This document shows positions 30,001-38,100 of a stretch of DNA of 64,000 nt, in pieces. Numbering within the stretch: the first letter of the stretch is position 1; each line of letters begins with the position of its first letter. The stretch comes from Fimbriimonadia bacterium (lineage in GTDB: Bacteria; Armatimonadota; Fimbriimonadia; Fimbriimonadales; JABRVX01): contig JBGPGO010000003.1 of the NCBI GenBank assembly GCA_041483895.1, forward strand, positions 128,001 to 192,000, in the 5' to 3' direction. The translations under genes were made by a program, and so were the position numbers. A model generated the notes under the pieces. It saw only the letters and a list, made by a program, of their open reading frames with translations. It was not told where the DNA came from and ran no database searches.

Positions 30001-30526
30001 CAAGAACCAGATTCTCGCCGCGATGAAAGAGATCGAGGCCGCAACCCTGGAGCGGTTCCTCACCACGTTCGACGCTGTGAGGCAAGAGTTTGAAATCATC
30101 ATGGGGCGGCTCTTTGAAGGAGGTCAGGGAGAGATCACTCTCACCGACCCGAACGATTTGATGGCGAGCGGGGTTAACATCGCGGCGCAGCTATCCGGCA
30201 AGCGATTGCAGCGAATGGAGCTTCTTTCCGGCGGGGAGCGCTCCCTCACCGCATTGGCGTTCCTGTTTGCGCTGCTCCGAGTCAAGCCCAGTCCGCTCTG
30301 CATTTTGGACGAGGTGGACGCGGCATTGGACGGCCGCAACGTCGAGCGATTCTGCGATCTGCTGCGCGATATGGCCTCCAGGGTGCAGTTCCTCGTCGTG
30401 ACCCACAACGCCGTCACTATCGAGAACTCGGACGTATGGTACGGCGTCACGATGCAGGAGCCGGGAGTCAGCACCGTCATCCCGTTTGGCGCGGGCGCGC
30501 GGGCGGTCGTCGAAGCGGTGGTGTAA
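27086..30526 (+). CDS. smc: Chromosome segregation protein SMC
   Basis: GFKSF, GPNGCGKSN Walker A, long coiled coils, hinge, LSGGE signature, ILDEVDAALD; TTG start 27086. Confidence 0.95.
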   Translation: MYLKRVKLFGFKSFADRTELEFNPHLIAIVGPNGCGKSNIVDAILWALGEHNPRVLRAGTASEVIFSGSARRKGLGYAEVQLTFDNDDGGLGFPAAEVATTRRVTLDGESEYFINGRSCRQKDIVDLFADTGLGRTGYGIVGQQELDSLLTALPEQRRLLIDEAAGVQKFRVRKADTLKRLEAANQHLRRAQDLVDEMERQLAPLEKQAALAHAYRAARARLDELELDLILRDLLKFTEQLAAIDEEVSNLASNAAQLDRRLQESEQAAAALGETIGEAEKELDHRRNLQQGAFTALERADNAVALAEERLRSLQQIIVSEEQRADSSSGEISRLRSELNESQQQLDATNKRLAELGDGALVLELQRTRGELEQAREQLTEIRRTEAARQREEVERRESVARIGRMRDEITELSRERYPLEASVADLADRLATSTGRVQDTEAERAKAETDLESVREARARISSDLADRQRELAAAEARRETLAAGTPGDVTTKLLEDKRLSRLAKRLTVKPEHRIAIDAALAAGGEALIAATGAIAREVMGLLTELQEGRAWIMSPETVRRSAGDALRTAARAAGALGLASDFVGCSSPDNEIVGALLGTTVICPDWPQALALADQLTGWDRIVTLAGETIESSGAWQAGPIRGRVAIESELRDLAEAIETMEAECETLSMSLAETDRKTEVAVAQKQALDRDASLRRTENAEAERNYVVASQRLEMLVKRSGDLESQIKELSEKMPTESAFEDLGDPDEIQQRVSDLEREVAARETSQTHHSKELRDLEAVAEGQSTRVARLKAQIAQAGDKDDQDRSRLFELAQKVERAEADVENGKNAAETAREAKLDADGKFEEARLARAALLEESFRAGELGKTLRQERGSLSDRAHGLDLDRAKADIKRSQILSTLAQDREIGAERALLMATKLEVPQDADREAAALRRQLRDMGEVNIGAVDALDELRDRHRDLVTQRDDLLDAKNQILAAMKEIEAATLERFLTTFDAVRQEFEIIMGRLFEGGQGEITLTDPNDLMASGVNIAAQLSGKRLQRMELLSGGERSLTALAFLFALLRVKPSPLCILDEVDAALDGRNVERFCDLLRDMASRVQFLVVTHNAVTIENSDVWYGVTMQEPGVSTVIPFGAGARAVVEAVV

Positions 30527-32458
30527 GTGACCGTCGTCGGTGTGGATGTCGGCGGCACATTCACGGACGTGGTGGCCGCCGTTGACGGCGAAATTATTAC
30601 GCTCAAGATCCCCTCGACGCCTCGCGACCCGTCCGAATCTGTTCTCCATGCCCTGCGTCATCTTGGCCTGAAACAGTTTCTCCTATTGCATGGCACTACG
30701 GTCGCCACCAACACCGTGCTGGAACGGAAAGGCGCGCGAACGGCCTTTGTCACGACGGACGGCTTTCGCGATATGCTGTCCATCGGCCGCCAGACCCGGC
30801 GGCGGCTGTACGACCTCGACCCACAGCCAACCCCGACGCTCATCCCGGCGTCCCTCTGTTTCGAGGTCAACGAGCGCGTCACTCATCTGGGAGAAATCTT
30901 GCGCTCCCCCACGGCGGAAGAGATTGAGGCGCTCGCCGCGAAATTGGCGAAGAAAGCGGTCGAGTCAGTCGCCGTCTGCTTCCTCTTTTCTTTTGCGCGC
31001 CCGGAACATGAGCTTCAGATCCGGGAGAAGCTCCATGCGCCGTTTGTGTCGCTTTCGCATGAAATCTCGCCGGAATTCCGTGAATATGAACGGGCCTCCA
31101 CGACAGCGATCAACGCCTACGTCGGCCCCAGGATGCACAGATATCTGAGCCGCCTCGATTCCGAGTCGAAGGCTCTCGGCGCGGAAGACCTCCGCATCAT
31201 GCACTCGAATGCCGGAACGCTTTCGATCCGCGAGGCCGCTAATCGTCCGGTCATGACCCTGCTGTCCGGGCCGGCGGCCGGCGTGGTGGCGGCGTGGGAG
31301 GTGGCAAGGCAGGCCGGTGTCACGCGGGCCGTCAGCTTCGATATGGGCGGAACATCTACCGACGTGGCGCTTCTCGACGGCGGGCCGGTTGCCACGTCGG
31401 GCGGGGAAATCGACGGCATGCCGATCCGGGTTCCCATGATGGACATTCATACCGTGGGGGCGGGAGGCGGCTCTATCGCCTGGATCGATCCAGCCGGGGC
31501 GCTCCGTGTCGGTCCTCAGAGCGCCGGGGCGGATCCCGGACCTGCCGCTTACGGCAAAGGCACGGATTTCACGGTGACGGACGCCAACCTCATCTTGGGC
31601 CGGCTGGTGCCGGAGACGTTCGCCGCCGGTTCGATAGCAATCGATCCGGCCCGATCGATGGATGCGGCATCGGCGCTCGCAAAAACGCTGGGAATGAAGC
31701 CGGACGACGTGGCGCGGGCCGTGATCGGGATCGCCAACGCCAACATGGCCCGTGCCATCCGCCGCGTCTCGATATCCAAGGGCTACGATCCCGCCGGTCT
31801 TTCGCTGGTGCCGTTTGGCGGCGCGGGCGCGCTGCATGCCTGCGCGCTGTGCGATCTCGTTGGTTTAGGACGCATCCTGCTGCCCCCGCGCCCCGGCCTG
31901 CTCTCGGCCCTCGGACTCCTGTTGGCGCCTGTGCAGCGCGAGGCCGTGCGGTCCGTAATGTGGACCGGTCCGGTCACCGAAGCGATGGTGCGGGAAGCCG
32001 TCAACGGGCTGATCTCCAGCGCGGCCGCGTCCGTTGGCCCAGGCGTGACGAAGACCGAGGCGATGGCCGACCTGCGATACGAGGGCCAGTCTTGGGAGTT
32101 GACGGTACCGGTGCGCAACGACCCGAACGAAGCCGTGACCGCCTTCCACGCCGTTCATGAAATGCGATACGGGTATTCGTCGCCCGGCGCGCGAGTTGAG
32201 TGGGTCGCTCTGCGCGCCAGGGTCTCCGCGCCGGCGGCAGGTCTTGGCGGCGGGTCTTTGACAGTACCGCCGTCTTCCAGTCTCCCCGCCCGCACAGATT
32301 GTGGCGACCGCCTGCCCGTGGTGGACCGATCGCGGTTCACTGGCCCCATCACCGGCCCGCTTCTCATTGTCCAGCCGGACACGACCTTTTTCCTCGCGCC
32401 GGGCTGGTCGGCAGCTCCGGACGCGCATGGAAATCTCACCGCCCAACATACTCGGTAG
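30527..32458 (+). CDS. Hydantoinase/oxoprolinase subunit A family protein
   Basis: GVDVGGTFTD, HGTTVATN, SGPAAGV, DMGGTSTD, GAGGGSIA, SAGADPGPA. Confidence 0.92.
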   Translation: MTVVGVDVGGTFTDVVAAVDGEIITLKIPSTPRDPSESVLHALRHLGLKQFLLLHGTTVATNTVLERKGARTAFVTTDGFRDMLSIGRQTRRRLYDLDPQPTPTLIPASLCFEVNERVTHLGEILRSPTAEEIEALAAKLAKKAVESVAVCFLFSFARPEHELQIREKLHAPFVSLSHEISPEFREYERASTTAINAYVGPRMHRYLSRLDSESKALGAEDLRIMHSNAGTLSIREAANRPVMTLLSGPAAGVVAAWEVARQAGVTRAVSFDMGGTSTDVALLDGGPVATSGGEIDGMPIRVPMMDIHTVGAGGGSIAWIDPAGALRVGPQSAGADPGPAAYGKGTDFTVTDANLILGRLVPETFAAGSIAIDPARSMDAASALAKTLGMKPDDVARAVIGIANANMARAIRRVSISKGYDPAGLSLVPFGGAGALHACALCDLVGLGRILLPPRPGLLSALGLLLAPVQREAVRSVMWTGPVTEAMVREAVNGLISSAAASVGPGVTKTEAMADLRYEGQSWELTVPVRNDPNEAVTAFHAVHEMRYGYSSPGARVEWVALRARVSAPAAGLGGGSLTVPPSSSLPARTDCGDRLPVVDRSRFTGPITGPLLIVQPDTTFFLAPGWSAAPDAHGNLTAQHTR

Positions 32459-32464
32459 CGGCAA

Positions 32465-32529
32465 TCGGGCATATAGGACATATAGGTCGTATATGTCCTA
32501 TATGTCCGATTCGTCCGATCGGTCCCATG
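32465..32529. repeat. Degenerate 9-bp tandem/palindromic repeat between convergent genes
   Basis: CATATAGGA/CATATAGGT/CGTATATGT/CCTATATGT/CCGATTCGT/CCGATCGGT; similar 9-mers at 49827-49856. Confidence 0.6.
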
Positions 32530-32546
32530 CCGCCTGGAAGGCAGAG

Positions 32547-33605
32547 TTACTCCGGCATCGGCTTATCAGAAAGCTCGTCAATGATGCCCTCGCGACGCTC
32601 CTTGGCGTTCTGCGCGTCCAGACGCCCCACGAACAGCATCAGCTTCCCGCCATCGGGAAGGAGCTTCTTGATCGCCTTGCCCGCCTCACGGCCCGCCTTA
32701 TAGTTGTTCGTTCCAACATAGCAGAGCCGTTTGCTCTTCGGCGCGTCGCTGTCGTGGCAGATCACGTTCATCACCGCACAGGCCCTGTTGATGATGTCCA
32801 CCTGGTTCTCGGCATCATTCGGGCTGATAGACATGCCGGTAACCTTCTTGGCGATCAGGGTCTCGATCATGCGCTGCTGCTCGGCGGCAGATCCCTTGGG
32901 AGGCATCAAGAATTCGCACTGGGCATTGAATTCCTTCTCCGCAACGGTGACGCCCGCTTTGGCGATGCTCCAAAAGTCCGACGAGTTGTTGGTCAGGAAC
33001 GCAACCTGCACGGGCGGGCCGGTGGGGGGAGTGCCGCTGCCGACAGCCGTGATCTGACCGGCCTTCTGCTTGTTCAGCGTCTCCGTGAACGCATCGACGT
33101 TATCCTTTTCGATGGTCTTCACGGGAATCTCCATAATCTTGTTGGCGGGGATCAGAGACTTGTCTCCGCGCGCCAGGGCCGCGAGAATCTTCACGGCCTG
33201 ATAACCGAACTCGTAAGGCTGCTGCACGATGGTGGCCTTGATATAGCCGTCCTTGATGCCGGCCAGCGTGTCCACTTCCTCATCGAAACAGACGATGTTG
33301 ACCTTGCCCTCTTTCTTCGCGTCCTTCACGGCGGACAAGATCATCGGGCCGTTGTAGCTCCACAGGCCCACCAAGCAGTTGATGTCGGGGTACTTCGTCA
33401 GGGTGTCTTCCGCGTTCTGCTTCGCCCTCGCCCGATCGGTCAGGTCCGTCTTGGTATCAAGAATCTCGTATTTGCCTGCCTTAATGGCGCCGGTCGCGGT
33501 TCCGGTCGAAGGCGTCTTGCCATCGTCCTTCGGGCCGCATCCGGCTAGTAACAATAACAAAATCGCCGAGGACCAAATGATTGATCGCAACCTCATGCCC
33601 TTCAC
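32547..33605 (-). CDS. Sugar ABC transporter substrate-binding lipoprotein (RbsB/Peripla_BP_4 type), circularly permuted
   Basis: Lipobox LAGC; GLWSYNGP, FDEE, VQQPYEFGY precede TNNSSDFW, DSDAP, YVGTNNY. Confidence 0.88.
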   Translation of the reverse strand: MKGMRLRSIIWSSAILLLLLAGCGPKDDGKTPSTGTATGAIKAGKYEILDTKTDLTDRARAKQNAEDTLTKYPDINCLVGLWSYNGPMILSAVKDAKKEGKVNIVCFDEEVDTLAGIKDGYIKATIVQQPYEFGYQAVKILAALARGDKSLIPANKIMEIPVKTIEKDNVDAFTETLNKQKAGQITAVGSGTPPTGPPVQVAFLTNNSSDFWSIAKAGVTVAEKEFNAQCEFLMPPKGSAAEQQRMIETLIAKKVTGMSISPNDAENQVDIINRACAVMNVICHDSDAPKSKRLCYVGTNNYKAGREAGKAIKKLLPDGGKLMLFVGRLDAQNAKERREGIIDELSDKPMPE

Positions 33606-33814
33606 CTTCCTTGTATGTCCGAGGGGAGTTTACCCATCCGAATCGCCTCGTCGATCAAGGGTGCGACGCGGGAAACCACAGCTTCTCGCTGCTCCGGAGA
33701 CATCGTAAGCCAGCCAGCGATCTCATCCAAAGTGCGGAAGCATCCGGCGCAGTGACCCTCGGGGCCGAGAATACAAATATTGCGGCACGGGGATAGAATA
33801 TCGCCAAGTTCCAA
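33602..33814 (-). CDS. DUF1289 domain protein
   Basis: SPCRNIC...CAGCFRTLDEIAGW motif. Confidence 0.85.
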   Translation of the reverse strand: MELGDILSPCRNICILGPEGHCAGCFRTLDEIAGWLTMSPEQREAVVSRVAPLIDEAIRMGKLPSDIQGR

Positions 33815-33848
33815 GCCGTTCTGTATAATATACCAAGGAGGTCGTCCT

Positions 33849-35084
33849 ATGCTTGCTGTCATTTTATGGTGCGTGGCGATTCAACAACCCAGTCCCGTCG
33901 CGCTCACGCAGGAAACCCTGCCTCACATCCGAGAGCTGATTCTGCCGAAAGCGGCGGAAGAAGAATTCCAGCAGATCCCGTGGCGCACATCGCTTTGGTC
34001 CGCCGTGGTCGAGGCCAATCAGAAGGACAAACCGATTCTCCTCTGGGCGATGAACGGCCACCCGCTCGGCTGCACCTGAAACAACGGAGTCATCGCCAGG
34101 CGGGTCGTCTGGTCAAACCCCGATGTGAAGGCACTCGCCGCCAACTTCGTACCGGCCGCGGATGAGGTCTGGCGCCTGCAGCATGGGAAAGACGCCGAGT
34201 GCAAGCTGTTCCAAGGCTTTATGGAGAAGGGTCATTATGGCGGCCGCGTCCAACCAACGGACACGCGTCAGGGAACCTACTGCTGCACACCAAGCGGACA
34301 GTTCCTTGCTTCCTGCAACACGAATGACCCCAAGCAGATGGCGGGCATGCTCCGCACCGCGCTCAGCAAATGGAAAGAGATGACCCAAGCGGTCCGCCTC
34401 TCGTCGGAAGTCGAAAAGCCATCCGAGATTCAGCGACCGGAGACCAAATATCCGAAAGACGGCCTGGTCCTCCAAGTGATTGTTCGGGACCTGCCCCGAG
34501 AAGATGGCAAGTGCCCGGACGATTGGCGCAAGGACGCGTGGAACCAGGACTACGCCTGGTTCACCAGACGAGAGGCCGCGCAGCTGTTGCCGGCCACGCT
34601 AGAGGTCGGAGCGAAGGGGACGACGCCCGCAGCCCTGATCAGCCGATTGGCGCGCGCCCATCTCATCGATACGGTGCGTGGGCAGAGCTCTGCGTACCAG
34701 AACGGGGCAATCGAATCCGCATGGCTGGAAACGCGCATTGACAAGATCGCCGGCGACCGCGTTTCACTCACCCTTTTTGGGGCCTCGCAATCGAATGAGA
34801 AGGGAAGCTGGTCCGTCAACGGTTTTGCGGATATGAACGATCCGTCGGCAAACACGCGCGGGATCGACTGCAAATTGTTGGGGTCGGCCACCTACGACCG
34901 GTCCAAGGGGAAGTTCGTTCAATTCGAGCTGGTCGCCGCCGGGCAGCGCCACGGCGCGACGCAATACAATGGCCGCGCCGACGATCCCGGCCCAGCGCCC
35001 ATCGGGTTCGTGTTCCGGATCGCCCCGGACCTACCGCAAAACCATGTGGCGCCGACCAACTTTTGGGTATATAATTGGCAGTAA
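33849..35084 (+). CDS. Putative secreted thioredoxin-like selenoprotein (Sec at UGA 34077-34079, 411 aa)
   Basis: AAGGAGG RBS; GHPLGCT-TGA continues in frame (NNGVIARRVVWSNPDV) into ORF 34125..35084; SECIS-like hairpin follows. Confidence 0.75.
34096..34112 (+). promoter_or_regulatory. Candidate bacterial SECIS element
   Basis: CCAGGCG-GGT-CGTCTGG stem-loop 16 nt after the UGA. Confidence 0.55.
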
Positions 35085-35102
35085 GTTACAAGAGGTGTTG
35101 GT

Positions 35103-38100
35103 ATGGGCCGGTTATTATTCCTTTTCCTTTGTTTTGTGCAGACCAGCGTTTTATCGGCGAAGGTGATCTACGTTCGCACCGATGCGGACGACCAAAACAA
35201 TGGTCTCAGTTGGCAATCCGCTAAGCGTACAATTCTTTCGGCGATTGCGGCATCAGCCAATGGAGATCAGATATGGATCAAGGCCGGCAATTATGATCAG
35301 GCCCTAACGCTAGCGAAAAGCATTTCCATCTACGGAGGCTTTGCTGGAACAGAAACATCAGTTGATCAGCGCGATCTCGCCCACAACCAGACGGCTGTGG
35401 GCTCAACGGGTATCACGCTCAATATCGGTGGTCAGCTACAACAGGGTATTGTAATAGACGGCATCACCTTCACTCAACTCGGCGCAACGGCAGGGCAAGT
35501 AATCGTCTCGAATGCCGGCCCGTTGGAGATTCGAAACTGTGTATTCACCGGAATAACTCTAACATCGAATAGCATGTGTATCCATTCCGAGGTGACCCCG
35601 AAATATACAAACTGCCTGTTCAACAACAACCATGTCCCGACGTTGATTTCCTCCGACAATCTCACCGTCACAGGCACGATATTCCAGAATAATGTTGCAA
35701 CCGGAGGAATTCAAGTGCCGGGCTCTTGCGGCTTTTCCTATTGCACGTTCATCGATAACTCGATCTATCTAACGCTGAATTTCAATAACTCTGGGCAAAC
35801 CGTCTTGGATAACGATGTCTTTGCGCGTAACTCGATTTCCGGAGCAAAACCCCTCGTCTTGCTAGGAGGAACAATTCGGGCCACGAACGACACATTCGTC
35901 AATAACGCCTGCGACACATATGGGGTGCTGTCGGTTGGAACGAATCCAGGACTACTCGCAAATAACATCTTTGCCAGCAATCTATCCGGAATCGTGGCTG
36001 GGGTGGCTTCCGGCAGAACGATCAAGAACAACTGCTTCTACAACAATTTTATGTTCGATGCGCAAGGGATTCCAAGTCCCGTTGGCTCCGACAATAATAT
36101 CAATTTGGATCCACAGTTCGGCGATCGGATTCATGGCAATTACCACATTCAGCCATCATCGCCGTGTGTCAATGCAGGCGATAACGGTTCTGTAACTGGG
36201 GCAACTGATTTTGAGGGCCAGCCGAGGATACAAGGCGGTACCATTGACATCGGGGCCGATGAGAGTGATGGAACCGATTGGATTCCGGTTTTGCCCACAA
36301 TCTATCACGTTTCGCCATCGGGATCGGATGCCAATGATGGTTTGAGTTGGCTTACCGCAAAGAACAGCATTTCGTCAGCTTTGTCCGCCGCCGTTTACGG
36401 CGATCAGATTTGGATCGCCGAAGGAACCTACCGTGAGCAGGTTTCGATGAAAGACGGAGTGGACATCTACGGAGGCTTTGAAGGCACAGAAACGGCCATC
36501 GACAGTCGGGATATTGCTAATCATCCTAGCGTCATCGATGGTGAGAAGACCAGGACATGCGTCATCGCACCGATCCGTACAGTCGCGGTGACTCGTCTTG
36601 ATGGGGTCACGGTGGCTAATGGCGGCGGCGGGCAGGGAGGCGGGCTTTACGGCACTAATGCGGCACTAGAGATCGCGAACTGTTCGTTCATCCAAAATAC
36701 GAGCACGAATACCGGCGGTGGCTTAGAATTAGATAAGAGTGTCGCCCGGATTCAGTCATGTCTCTTCGCTTCGAACGTTGCTGCCAAGAATGGCGGCGGG
36801 GCCTATTTTGGATCAAGCTGGTTATCATGCGATCATTGTTCATTCACCTCAAATGCAAGTACAGGAGGCTATGGCGGCGGAATCTACTTTACTGGCAGCT
36901 TGCTGACGGTTGCACGATGCCAATTCATGTCCAATGAAGCGCAACAAGGCGGTGGATTGAACGCAGGCCCATCCGATAAGTCTAGCACCATCCGATTTTG
37001 CGTCTTTGATCGAAATGATGCGCAGAATTTTGGCGGAGCGCTGTCTGCAAGTGGCGGATTCTCCCTCGACAACAATACATTTGTTTCCAATACCGCTCAA
37101 AACGGTGGCGCGGCGAACTGCACCGGGATGCAGATAACGAACAATCGCTTTTCCAACAATGGGGCCTCAACTGGTGGTGCATTGTTTATCCTTGGTGGTT
37201 CCGTTGTCAACAACACAATCGTCCAGAATTCCGCCGCCATTGGTGGAGCATGTTATGAATACAGTTCCGGAGCCAATCTTCAGAATAACATCATTTGCTA
37301 TAATCATCCCGGCATCGCGGCTTCGGCGAACGGGACTTATACAAATGTTAAGTCGAACTGCATATTTGGAAATGAGGTATACGATGTCAGCGGGTTTGAC
37401 AACCCGATTGGCGCGAATGGCAACTTTTCCGCCGATCCGCAACTGGCAACTCCCTTCGGACCCAATCTTCATATTCAATCCACCTCGCCGTGCGTCGATG
37501 CCGGCGCAATTCCATCGATAAACATTGGCGATTTTGATATGGACAATCAGAGTCGGCTGATTGGCGCCGCCTATGATATTGGCGCGGACGAGTCGGATGG
37601 CACAGTCTGGCCACCGTACATGAAGAAGATTCAACATGTCAGCCCGACGGGCAATGATTCCAATACCGGCGTAAGTTGGGCGGAAGCCAAACAAACCGTT
37701 TCCGCAGCCCTTACCGCCGTAGCCGCAGGGGATGAAGTCTGGATTGCGGAAGGTACCTATCCGGAACGAATCACGATACCCGCGGGCATAAAGATGTATG
37801 GAGGATTCGCCGGTGCGGAAACGACGGTCGCCGAAAGGAAACTGGACGAACATCCGACGATTCTGGACGGCCAAATGTCAGGAACCGTAGTCACGTTCGC
37901 GCCCGGAGCAACTCTCCAAACTGTCTTCGATGGGCTTCGAATTATTAGTGGAACTGGTATTAATGGAGCGGGAATTCTCGCTCTTTACGGCTCGGAACAT
38001 ATTTCCAATTGCCACGTCTCGGGCTGCATTGCGACGAACAATGGCGGAGGTGCTTACATCGGGGCGGGCTCTCCGATACTGGAAGAGAACGTGTTTGAAT

